Source: Chiloscyllium plagiosum
Lineage: Eukaryota
Assembly (NCBI RefSeq): GCF_004010195.1
Contig: NC_057720.1
Span: forward strand, 19,955,269 to 20,019,268
DNA length: 64,000 nucleotides
Direction of reading: 5' to 3'
Below the pieces are notes generated by a model. That model ran no database searches, had not been told where the DNA came from, and saw nothing but the letters and a program-made list of their open reading frames with translations. Of this stretch, positions 50,720 through 62,299 are shown one piece after another. A program made the translations under genes and the position numbers. Positions within the stretch are counted from its first letter, which is position 1, and each line of letters begins with the position of its first letter.

Positions 50720-51690
50720 TTTCAAATGTTGATTGAGGGCAGGTGTTCATAGGTAAAGGGACAGCTAGAAAATGGGAAGCCTTCAAAAATGAGATAACGA
50801 GAATCCAGACACAGTATATTCCTGTTAGGTGTCGGCAATGCTGGATGACTAGAGAAAGAGTTTTTTGATGTAAACATAGGAGATATAGTTAGTAAGTTTG
50901 CAGATGACACCAAAATTGGAGGTGTAGTGGACAGCAAAGAAGGTTACCTCAGAGCACAATGGGATCTTGATCAGGTAGACCAATGGACCGAAGACTGGCA
51001 GATGGAGTTTAATTTAACTAAATGTGAGGTGCTGCATTTTAGAAAGGCAAATCAGGGTAGGACTTACCCATTTAATGGCAAGATCCTGGGATATGTTGTT
51101 GATCAAAGAGACCTTGGAGTGCAGGTTTATAGTTCCTTGAAAGTTGAGTTACAGGTAGACAGGATAGAGAAAGCATTTGGTAGGCTCTCCTTTACTGTTC
51201 AATGCATTCAGTGTAGGGGTTAGGAGAAAATGTTGCAGCTGTACAGGACATTGGTTAGGCCACTTTTGGAATATTTTGTGCAATTCTGGTCTCCTTCCGA
51301 TATGAAGGATGTTGTAAAACTTGAAAGGGTTCAGAAAAGACTTACAAGAATGCTGCCAAGTTTGGAGGGTTTGAGCTATAAGGAGTGGCTGAATAGGCTG
51401 GGGCCATTTCCCTGGTGCATTGCAGGCTGAGGGATGATCTTAGAGGTTTATAAAATTATGAGGGGCATGGGTATAGTTAATAGACAAGGTCTTTTCCTTG
51501 GTGTGGGAAGAGTCCAGAACAAACAGCATAGGTTTAGACTGAAAGGGGAACGATTGAAAAGGGCAACTTTTTCACACATTGGATGGTGCATGTGTGGAAT
51601 GAGCTGCTAGAGGAAGAAGTGATGGAGGCTGGTACCATTACAACATTTAAAAGGCATCTGGATGGGTATGTGAATAGGAAGGGTTTAGAG
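50720..51690 (+). mobile_element. CR1/HER1 fragment; its tail resumes at ~52146-52178
   Basis: KFADDTKIGG, WQMEFN, RPLLEYFVQFWSP. Confidence 0.85.
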
Positions 51691-52063
51691 CAGGGGTGGG
51701 GAACCTGCGGCCTTCTAGGCCATTGTGTATGGCCTTTTGAATGAATCCAAATTTTGCAACATGCACGAAAAATGCTTTCTTGCTTTTCAACCACTTATTG
51801 CTGCGAATCTACATTCTTCTACTTAACCAAAATCAAGATGCCTTTAAGGTCACAAATGACAGATACCCATCTAGAGGATCAGCTAAAACTGCAGACCTCT
51901 ATGCTGCAACCAAATATTCAAATGCTTTCCTACAAAAAGCAGTCACAACAAAGTCATTAAAAGGTTAGTTAACTTTAGAATTAACATTTTTTTCTTTTTT
52001 TTTTAGTTAGTTAGTACATAGTAGTTAGACTTTTACAAAATAATGTGAATTTTGAAGAATATA
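51691..52063 (+). mobile_element. hAT (Charlie-like) non-autonomous element, right end lost
   Basis: Left TIR caggggtggggaacctgcggcc after target gtttagag; transposase C-terminal dimerisation motif FSTTYCCESTF...RSQMTDTHLEDQLKL (51754-51960). Confidence 0.8.
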
Positions 52064-52069
52064 CATCAG

Positions 52070-52107
52070 GATTCCTGATGAAGGGCTCTGGCCCGAAACG
52101 TCGATTC
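52070..52107 (+). ncRNA. Minimal hammerhead ribozyme (family A), intact
   Basis: gattc CTGATGA a gggc-tctg-gccc GAAA cg TC gattc; stem I 4 of 5 bp; lies in PLE fragment 52064-52136. Confidence 0.75.
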
Positions 52108-52429
52108 TCCTGCTCCTCGGATGCTGCCTGACCTGCAGCAACTCACTCTGTGCTGTACATCTCTACAACTATGACTTTATAAACTGAAAGATCATAGTTA
52201 ACACCCCAGTACAGAACAAGGGAAGCACTGTCTGATGTGCCATCTTTCAGATGACACATCAACTCATCCGTCAGCTTGGACACTACAACAGAATGCATGG
52301 TATTATTTCAAAGAGAAGGAACGCTAATTGCTGATATCCTGGCCACTATTTATCTCACAATCAAAATCACAAAATACAGACTCTCTGATCATTACCACAT
52401 TGCTCCTTGCGAGGGGGTTTGTTGTGTGC

Positions 52430-53830
52430 ATACTGGGTAGCACATTTCTTCTTTGGCAGTCCTCAAGGTTGCAGTTAACTTGCTTCCACTTATGGTTGAG
52501 TTTTGAGGCAGCTACATTGTCTAATCTGGAGCCAAAGAGTCTGCTACAGGTGGGCCAGATTATGTTTGATAAGGCGGGTGTGTGGGACCTTCTGGATTGT
52601 TCTTGGCCTCCATGTGCTCCACCCTATAAATCTCAAAGTGGTTGGCAACTTCACAGGTGTTTCTTCTCCAGTTTGTGCATTCCAGGACAAGAGATTCTTG
52701 TGTGCCAGAGGGGATGTTGCATATGTTTAGGAAGGCTTTCAGGGTGTCCTTATACCATTTCCTCTGTCTTCCTAGTGATTGCTAACCATGTGGAGCTTGG
52801 ACAGCAGTTGTTTTGGGAGTCCTGTATTTGGCATTTGGACAACAGGCCTGCTCATCGCAACTGGTGGTGTGTAACAAAAGTGTCTCTATATGAGGAAGAG
52901 TGGCCTGGGAGAGAATGCTCAGGTTGGTACACCCTGCCAGTGGATTTTCAGGATTTTACAAAGGCAGTGTTGGGCATAATCTTCCAGGGATTGAGGTATA
53001 TGCTATAGATGTCCATATTTCTGATGCATACAGAAGAGTGAGGACTATGGCTGCTCTGCACACTCATCTTGGTGCTGGGTTTGAGGTCTCATACTTTGTG
53101 TACTCTGCTCTTCAGGCATTCGAAGGCTGCCCTGGTACACTGGAATTAATGTTGGATTTCATCATCAATGTCTGCTCATAGTGAGAGGAGATTCCCAAGG
53201 TATGGGGAAAGATCCACATTATCCAGGGCCTTGGTTAGGGGTCAGTTTTGAGTGGTAGGAGCAGGTTGGTAGAGAATCTTTGTTTTCCAAATGTTTAGTC
53301 TGAGGCCCATTCTCCCATACATCTACGTGAAAGCTATGGTGGTTTGTATCTTGGCCCCTTGAGGCTGTGTATGTGCAGGTGAAGTCTGCATACTGCAGCT
53401 CGATGATAAGTTCGGGTGATCTTTGGGTTGAACAGTTTCCCTTATCCAAAGGTTAGCGTTACTCCGGCAAGGGGCTTCATGGAGATGGGATGGAGTGTTG
53501 TGGCAAGAAAGATGGAGAAGAGAATTTGTGCAATGACACAGCCCTATCTGACCCCAGTCTGCTCTCATAATTGGTCCATGAGGATCCACTGGGGGGCAGT
53601 TTTGCGTGGTATGACCAGGTTGGTAGAAAGAAATCTGTTTTCTGCAAGTTTCGTCTGAGGTCCATTCTCCCACATGCCTCAGTGAAAGCGACGATGACTT
53701 GTAGCTTGGTCTCTTGAGGCTGTTTGCATGTCATCATGAAGCAGGTAGAATGGTGATAAATTTCTGCATGCAGTTGGATTTGAGGAGAATATGCTACAAT
53801 ACCTCATGGCTGACAGATTTTAAAACCTTT
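52430..53830 (-). mobile_element. RTE-clade LINE fragments
   Basis: Minus-strand remnant of QLRWAGH...PKQLL...GRQRKWYKDTLK and ELQYAD; 53296-53385 is repeated at 53655-53730. Confidence 0.65.
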
Positions 53831-54415
53831 GAGAGACCAAAGGCCAAATACAGAACTTAGTACTGGTCCCTGAACTTTTCTTGGATTTATGACACACTGA
53901 AAAATGTGGATGATCGAATGTATTTGGCATTACATTCTCTTTTTCAAAGGTAAAGAAATCCTAGTAACCCTAATAAAATTAGACTCCTCTCAGTGTTCCA
54001 AACCATTTCCAAATTCTTTCGTACAGCAGAAACCCATGCCTAGAAGCCTGTTACTCATACTCCAGAAGTTGCTTTCCACACAAAAAAATGAATTGGTCAA
54101 TGTGCAAAGCAAAACTATACAATATGTGAAGTTGTTCATGATTTAATTCTGAGAAACAATCCATTATCCATATCTGATAATTCAGAAAGACACTTCACAA
54201 TCGAATGTTGGAAAGCTCTTGTGATGCCCATGTCAATAGAAAAAGGGCTTTTTCAAAATTAACAGACTAGACACAAAGCAAGTAGCAGGCTCTAGACAGA
54301 ATGAAACACTTTTCTCGGCAATAGAACAAGGTAGTTCAAAGAAATATAATGCTTGAATTGAGATCAATGATCCATTGCAGTAGGACAGTTTTTAAATCCA
54401 ATCTTGTATATCAAT

Positions 54416-54616
54416 AGCTGAAAATGTGTTGCTGGAAAAAGTGCAGCAGGTCAGGCAGCATCCAAGGAGCAGGAGTATCGACGTTTCGGGCATGAGCCCT
54501 TCTTCATGCCCGAAACGTCGATTCTCCTGCTCCTTGGATGCTGCCTGACCTGCTGCGCTTTTCCAGCAACACATTTTCAGCTCTGATCTCCAGCATCTGT
54601 AGTCCTCACTTTCTCC
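54416..54616. mobile_element. PLE family A fold-back mini-element
   Basis: Inverted arms at 54416-54492 and 54507-54582; flanking duplication cttgta(t/g)atcaa at 54403-54414 and 54616-54627. Confidence 0.88.
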
Positions 54617-54802
54617 TTGTAGATCAACATCCAACATTAATCACCACATTATGTAATTCCCATCAATCCTTTTGCTCTGCTTTACTCAATTGGAAAAAAA
54701 GCAGGTCGCAATGCAATGAAACTTTGTCACACTAAGAAACTGAAGAAGTACACGAGATTAATAGTCAGAAAGCTGAGTCACAGAACAGAGCAGTTTCTAA
54801 AA

Positions 54803-54995
54803 CAGAAATTGTTGCAAAACCTCAGGTCTGGCAACATTTGTGGACAAAAAGCAGAGTTAACATTTAGGGTCCAACGACCCTTCTTTAGAAGTTCTTCAGT
54901 CATTGAACCCGACATATTCACTCCGCTTTCTCTCCACAGAAGCTGCCAGACCTGTTGAGGTTTTCCAGCAATTTCTGGTTTTGATTTCCAGTATT
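54803..54995. mobile_element. PLE family C fold-back with a decayed hammerhead
   Basis: Arms cagaaattgttgcaaaacctcaggtctggca / tgccagacctgttgaggttttccagcaatttctg; minus-strand ctaaagaa gggtc-gttg-gaccc taaatgtt. Confidence 0.65.
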
Positions 54996-55829
54996 CAGTT
55001 TTCTGATTTTTTTTTAATGTTAACACAAAGCAGTTTCATTGTGCGAGTTCTGAAGAAAATTCATAACAAATTTGAAATGTTAACTCAGTTTCTTTCTTCA
55101 TAGATGCTGCCAGACCTGATTAGTTGCTTCAGCTCACCCATCCCACATTGAGAATACCACTGACGAGGGAGAAAAGAACGAGGGAGAAAGAATTCCAAAA
55201 GATATAAAAGGCAAAAAGCAATTAAATCAGAAAAGAGAGATATCAGTTGAGTTATAAATAAAGGTAATTCAGTTTAGTTGTAGTCCTTCAATTTAAATTG
55301 TTTATAGATCACAAGTTGTTCAAGACTCAGGCAATACAGGTAATAAAAACACAAAATATAAGTCAAGCTTTCAAACTACTTCATTTTATCTTTATCCTTC
55401 TTCAAGCAGCTACCTAAAATTTTAATTTTAACACAATCACTGCTTTACCAAAGCTACATATATTTCTATTTTTAGCACAACGTACTCCCACTCCCAAATG
55501 CAGATTCCACCCCCAACAAATTGAATTCCTCACATTCATATTTATGTCTTCTTGTCCTAAATCCCTCAACCAAAGATAATTTGTTTTCTCAGGATTTTCA
55601 ATTATCCAAAGCTCAGATCTAGATGAGCTTCTGAAGCAATTGTTAACAAGATTAGCATCAGTAACTTAAACAGTATTTCTGTCTACAACAGTATGCTAAT
55701 TTAACTATTTTGTGGCCTAAGATCACTTGATTTTAACTTAGAAACATCAAATGTACGCCTCAATTAGTCACTGTTACAGGGCTCCTATGTTCTACAAATT
55801 GAATACTTACTGATCACGAACTTTTATGA

Positions 55830-56510
55830 GAGTACAGAAGCAGAGGGATCTCAAGATTCACATGCATGATTCTCTGAAGGTGGCTAGGCAAGTTGCAACA
55901 ATTAAGAAAGTTTATAGGATCCTTGGGTTTACAAATAGAAGCATAGAGTATTAAAGCAAGGAATTTATACAATACCTCTATAAATCATTGGTCAGACCAC
56001 ATGTTGAGTATTGCATTATGTTCTGGTCACTTTATTAAGGAAAGATGTTAAAGCCTTGGGGAGAGTGCAACTGTGATTTACTAGAATGATACCTAGAATG
56101 AGGATTTTAGATACAAAAAGACTGGAGAAATTGGGCTTATGCCCCTTAGAGCAGAGAAGATTAAGAGGTGACCTTATTGAGATGTTCAAAGTTGTAAACA
56201 AATTTGACAGGGCAGAGAAAGATATCCTGTTTCCACCAGTTGGTATTTCAAAACTGTCAGCAAGAGAGTTAGGAGCGAGATGACGAGAAACTTATTTTCA
56301 CAGGGATTTGGAATGCACTGCCTGGGAGACTGGTGGAGGCGGATTTCATGAGACCTCAAAAGAGGTCTGCTTGTATGTTTGCAAGTGATTAATTCAGAGG
56401 GCTACAGAGATAGGGCTGAAGAACTAGGCCAGCTAGGTAGCTCTTTTTGGAGTTGGCATGGATCAAATGGGTGAAGTGGCCTCAATCTGCAAAGTAAAGT
56501 TCTATGATTC
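55830..56510 (+). mobile_element. Old CR1 3' part
   Basis: LEQRRLRGDLIEMFK (56086-56283). Confidence 0.7.
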
Positions 56511-56829
56511 TAATTCACAGGTATCTGATTGGAAAAAGAAAAGCTGTACTGGCTTCTGGCAATATACCCAGTGGGTATGATATCAGAATTATAACCCAGA
56601 GATCATGAGTTCAACTTCCACCATGGCAAATTGTGAAATTAAATTTTCCGGCAATGTGCAAGCTAGTAAGAGGGAGAAAAAAACCCACAAACCACAGTTC
56701 CTATGTCCCAATTACAACGGTTTTCATCTAATACAATGGCAGGAACACCATAAAAGACATCAATACATGACAACCCACCAACACCTTATCAGACAAACTT
56801 AGGATGGACTATATATATTCCTCAGATGG

Positions 56830-57110
56830 TGACAGCTGGCAAAGGGGAGATAGCTTTAAATTGAGGGGGTGATAGATATAGGACAAATACCAGAGGTAGG
56901 TTCTTTCCTCAGAGTAATAAAAGCATGGAATGCCCCTCCTGCAACAGTAGTCGATCCACCAACTTTAAGAGCATTTAAATGGTCATTGGATAAATACATG
57001 AATGGTAATGGAATAGCGTAGGTTAGATGGGCTTCAGATCGGTTTCACAGGTCGGCGCAACAGAGGGCCTATGGGCCTGTATTACACTGTATTGTTCTAT
57101 GTTCTATATG
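56830..57110 (+). mobile_element. CR1 3' end (subfamily of 32262-35113)
   Basis: aaattgagggggtgatagat...gggcctgtattacactgtattgttctatgttctat. Confidence 0.75.
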
Positions 57111-57554
57111 GCTTTGTAGATTCAACATAAAAGTAATATGTTCTTTCACAAATCAATATCTAGCTTGAGTTGGAGGAGCAAGGGAAAGATGGAAAGCAAC
57201 CGAGGGGCCTTCAAAGATAAATTATAAGATCATTATATTACTGAATTGCTTGGGTGACACATTGCTATCTTGCATTTTTCTACTGTCAGAACGAAGTGGC
57301 ATTGCTCTAATAAAAAGAAAACAAATGTACAAATCATTGCTTTCAATAATTTTGGCCATTGAGTCTCCAGTAAGTAATACAGAAAGAACACACATACCTA
57401 CTTCACAATGACTTTTAAATGATAAGTGATCTATCTGTGACCAGAAGAAATAATGGTTCTTCTTCCTGGTAGAAGAAGGGGACAAGTGACACAACCTCAT
57501 TTACTTCACAATGGTGGGAGCATGTTATACTAAAAGGGATAATGAAATACGAAT

Positions 57555-58985
57555 TTGGCTAGGCTGATTTTGATTTCCAGAAGACACTTTACTAGCTACC
57601 TCACAACAGGTCAACTCATAAGACAAGAGACCATGGTTTTGGAGGACATGGTTTTGGTGGGTAGAGAATTGGAAGACGTGAGGACTGAGAATTGGCTAAT
57701 GGACAGGAAACACTAAATGGGGATAAAAAACTCTTCTTCAGGTTGGCGACCAGTAACCAGTGGGGTTCTACAGGGGTCAGTGGTAGGACTGTACTGTTAC
57801 AGTATGTTAATGACTTGGAGGAAGGAAGCAAATATATCGTAATCAAATTTGCAGACAACATAAAAATAAAGTGGAATGGCAAGGTGCGAGAGGCTTACAG
57901 AGAGATACTGATATTTTAAGTAAGAGGGCAAAAGTTGGCAAGTGGAGTGTATTGTAGGAAAACGTGAAGTTGGGGCGCCACGGTGGCACAGCCGTTAGCA
58001 CTGCTGCCTCACAGCATCAGGCACCCAGGTTTGACTCCAGCCTTGGGTGACTGACTTGCGTGGGTTTCTGCCAGGTGCTATGGTTTCTGCCAGCAGCCCA
58101 AAGGTATGCTGTTGGATGGATTGGCCTTGCCAAATTGTCCCGTGGTGTCCAGAGATGCGCAGGCTAAATGGATTAGTTACGGGAAATGCGAGGTTACAAG
58201 GATGGGGAGGGTCGGAGTGAGAGCAGACTCATTGGGCCAAATGGCTTCTTTCTGGTGTTGGGATTCTATTATGCTAATTTTAGAAGGGAGAATAAGAGAA
58301 CAGAGTATTATTTGAACAAAGAAAAGCTGTAGAAATCTGCAACACAAAGCGACTTGTGCATAAAATACAACAAGCTAGCACCAAGATGCTGCAGGTAATC
58401 AGGATGGCTAAAGGAATGTTGGACATAATTTTCACAAAGTTGGAGTACAAAAGTATGGGAGTCTTACTGCAATTATACAACATGCCAGTGAGACCACATC
58501 TGGAGTGCTGTGAGCAGTTTTTGTCCCCATAGTTAGGAAAGATATTTCATTTTTGGCAGTGGAGAGAAGGCTCATTGGGATGACTGTTTGTATGGAGCGA
58601 TCATCTTATCAGCGAAAGCTAAACAGATTGGGACTCTACTCATTAGAATTGAGAAGAATGAGAGGTGATCTCATTGAAACATATAGGAGTCTTAAGGGGT
58701 TTGACCGGGTAAATGTGAGGAGGATGTTAATATCAGAATAAAGATTGACATGAGAAAGAATTTCTTCTCTCAGAGTGCTGAGTGTCCTTGGAGCACCTTG
58801 TCAGAGAGTGCTGTGGTGACAGAATGCTGGTGTATATTTAAGGCTGCAATAGATAGATTATTCATCAGCAGGGGAATCAAGGCTTATGGTGAAAAGACAG
58901 GATTCTGTAATATCAGATCCCATTGAATGGCAGAACAGAGTAAAGGAGCCAAACAGTCAACTCCTTTTCCTATTCCTTTTCCTTA
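57555..58985 (+). mobile_element. Old CR1 with a nested HE1-type SINE (57973-58270)
   Basis: YVNDLEEG...KFADN and LELRRMRGDLIETY; SINE head ggcgccacggtggcacagccgttagcactgctgcc. Confidence 0.7.
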
Positions 58986-59768
58986 TGTAGTAGGATCAAC
59001 AAGTTAAAAGACAAACTTACATTTCAGTTTCAGATCTCATTATTCCTATTCTTTTTATATTACAGAATTGTTTGTACCAATGTGTACTTTTCTAGTATCA
59101 AGGAGCAAATTACATAGCTAAGTAATAGTAAATAAAACAACTATTTAAGTTATTGCTTTGTAGATCTACTTTAATTCCAACAGTGTACTGAAAGCTCCCT
59201 CATGCATAGTCTGTCACCCATGCAAGGTAAATTCTTACTTCTTATCACAATCAGGAAATTTGAAGTTATGCACCTATACTGAATAAAGCAGCCAGCAAAA
59301 TTTAATTTGCTGAGTTAATACAATCAGGATCCAAAATTTGGGGATGATGCAACAGGTTTACTTTTGATAACTAACATTAATCTTAAAATCTCTGCACCAA
59401 AATTCAACTAATGTAAGCTTATTTTTCACCCACAGTTCCAGGGCATGTATGCACTCATACACAGGGGTCATAAAAATACTATATAACTGCCACTCTCATC
59501 GACAGGCTGATTGGGATCTCAACAACTCACTTAAAGAAACAAGTGTAAACTTCTTAAAGTCACCGAATAGCCCTGCAATAATGTTTGAGAGTTCTCAACT
59601 TTGCTTTTACAATCTATTATCCAAATTGTTCGATAAATAAATTCCCCAGGCTTCTTCAGAAACAAAAAAAAGAGATAAATCCCTCCACTTTACTCAATTA
59701 AGTACAAAGATATCCAAGAATACTACTATCTATCATTCTTAAGGCACATATTATCCTGATGTGACACA

Positions 59769-59980
59769 CAGTCAGTTCTGCTATAACACAGTAGTCCCGT
59801 TCTCATGCAATACCATGTTATAAGAAAATATTGTAATAGCAGCACCATTCAAACTAATGGTCCAGAATCGCATTATAACCAATACACACGTTAAAACTTT
59901 GCGCTTCAGGAACAGTGTCCCAATTTGTCGATCATGTCATTGCATATTTGTGTTAATTTGCATTATAGCAGAACGACCTG
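59769..59980. mobile_element. Tigger-like MITE
   Basis: TIRs cagtcagttctgctataac / attatagcagaacgacctg followed by TA; TIR related to 3046-3599. Confidence 0.7.
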
Positions 59981-60431
59981 TATATTAAGACGACAATGAG
60001 CATCTCTTCAATTCTGCTGGAACTTCCTACGCAACAGCAATCACCACAGCGACAGTGGTTGATTAAGGCAGCTTAGCACTGTCTTCTTAGGGTGACAAGA
60101 AACAAAAATATAAATTCAAGTCTTTCAACAACATCCACACCTCAAGAATGGCAGTTAAAACTTTGTTTCGAAGTTTATTATACATTCCTAAACAACTTAT
60201 CTACTGTTAATGGCTATTATCACTCAGGAGAAAGATGAAGGCACATTGTATAATAACACCAACTGTTGATACTTAACCAAAAAGGATTCCTTGTACAAGG
60301 AAATACAAACTTAATGGCACTCATCTTTTATTTAGCCTTTACGCAGAATCAAAACCTGCAAAGGTTTATCACTGACATTATTTTGATTTCAAGCTACCAA
60401 CTAAGGGTTAAGAATTAAGTAAATGACACAC

Positions 60432-60687
60432 CTTCTGAATGAAAGGCTTCTTTCAAATGCTCTAGTACATCTGCAAACTTCCTGACATCATTCACCAACT
60501 GCATTATGTATTCTGGATCCACAACTGGACTGTCATAACAATCAGAGTTTGAGCTGATGCTGCTGACCGAACCACTTTTAGTACTTCGGCCCATACTCAA
60601 GTTTCCTGAGCTGGGCAAGGCAAAGAAATTTGAACTGGAGAAACGGGCAAAACCACGTTTATTGCTTCCAACAGTCTGCCGCAACAT
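60432..60687 (-). CDS. ARHGAP29: ARHGAP29-like RhoGAP, coding part of exon 2 (whole exon 60432-60776)
   Basis: MLRQTVGSNKRG...VVDPEYIMQLVNDVRKFADVLEHLKEAFHSE matches the recalled ARHGAP29 motif DPDYIKELVNDIRKF...LKEA. Acceptor ttctaattttgttgcag before 60776; phase-1 donor G|gtgtgt at 60431. Confidence 0.9.
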
Positions 60688-60944
60688 CCCAGCTGCTGCG
60701 CTGCTTACAAATTCTTTAGGGCAATCTGTAGTTGGTGCTAAAAGACCATTTACAAAACGGTTTAGGATGATGAGTCCTGCAACAAAATTAGAATACAAAA
60801 GTTTCAGTCAATATATGCAAGCTAACTTCAATAATGTTGCTTTTCTCTAATAGAACACTAAAAAGTTCTTCCAACATTAACATAAATACAATACAGCAGA
60901 GGATCAGGCCCTTTGTCTCACTAAGCCGGCACCATTCATAATGT

Positions 60945-61830
60945 TTACTTGTGATATCTTGCCTTTATGTACTGACGTTCCCATCCATTCTGGGCTGTGG
61001 TCTGGTTGGCTCATTGTAGAGGAGAAAGTGAGGTCTGCAGATGCTGGAGATCAGAGCTGAAAATGTGTTGCTGGAAAAGCGCAGCAGGTCAGGCAACATC
61101 CAGGGAACAGGAGAATCGACGTTTCAGGCATAAGCCCTTTATTGTAGAGGATTCTTATAATCTGTAATATAAATGCTGTTAAGATGATAATGTATCTGAG
61201 CAACCTTAATTCATTGACATTTTTGAAATGTTATGGAATAGAGAACAAAACTATTATGCGGTATTTTCATTGTGACATTTGAATTTGTTCCAGTCTGTAA
61301 ATGGGACTTGTGGAAAGTGCCTCAATGCTAACTACTCCAGTGTGTTGCTGATATTAGACTGGAGAGGACAGCATTAAACTCTAACTTCCAGATCTTTACT
61401 TGTAGAGTTCAAATTCCACCATCTGCCCTGGTGGGATTCAAATCCAAGTGCCCAGAACATTACCTGGGTCTATGGATTAATAATCTAGCGATTATACCAC
61501 TAAGCAGTTGCCTCCTCAATGGTTCAATGATTTTCTAAGTTACCAAGGTTTTACCATTTGTCTACATTAATCGGCATTTGAGTATCTTCCGAGTTACAAT
61601 TATAGGTTTGCAGCAGACTGACACTTCAAATGTCATAATGAAAACAATGCATTGTAGTTTTGTTCTCTATTTCAAATACTTCAAAAATGTCACTGAAGTA
61701 GGGTTATTCAGATAGATTACCATATTAACAACATTTATATAACTGATTATAAAAAACACATTACAGTGAATCAACTCAGGCATTGCCCAGAGTGGATGGG
61801 AACATCAATACATAAAGGCGAGATGTCAAG
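60945..61830. repeat. Old long inverted repeat (fold-back or MITE-like)
   Basis: 60950-61300, minus the PLE insert, aligns with the reverse complement of 61605-61830 (gcctttatgta.tga.gttcccatcca.tctgggc; tgacatttttgaa; aatagagaacaaaacta). Confidence 0.8.
61021..61140 (-). mobile_element. PLE family A solo repeat, truncated within the hammerhead
   Basis: Same unit as 26541-26659; flanking duplication attgtagagga at 61013-61023 and 61141-61151. Confidence 0.85.
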
Positions 61831-62299
61831 GTCAAAAAAATTACATACTCATTAAAATTGTAGCACTAATTGGCACAAATGGGGCAAACATATACTCCAA
61901 TAAACCATATCTCTAGCCGTTTTTATTTTTCTAATTTGATAACTCAAAACATCAATACCACAACTTGTGTCGTAAGACTTTCCTGTTTACAACTGAGAAC
62001 AGCAGGACGTTTCGGTTTCAGTCCCGTCCCCCATCACCCTCCCTAGTTATTTTACAGGTAGAAGTTTGAACACTATTTAGCAATGAATAGTACAGAAGGA
62101 TAGTAAAAGAAAAATCAACGCGGATTCACCGACATCGATCGATCGTCTTCGATAGTGACACTAAAAAAAAGTCGAAAAACTACGTTCACAAACACTCGAA
62201 AAAAAATGTATTTTTTTTCCAATGCAGTACTTACACTTATACTCAAAAAAACCCAATGAGGACGTGTTGGTTGTAAAGCTAATTCATTTGAAAAATAAA

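Noticed and set aside
52328..53008. 226-aa plus-strand ORF
   Set aside because: It is antisense to a decayed RTE LINE and has no independent coding signal.
8208..61140. Recurring tgctggaaaagc...gggcttatgcccgaaacg unit as a CRISPR-like array
   Set aside because: Copies are dispersed, in both orientations, with individual flanking duplications, no regular spacers and no cas genes. The context is a vertebrate intron and the unit is a PLE terminus.
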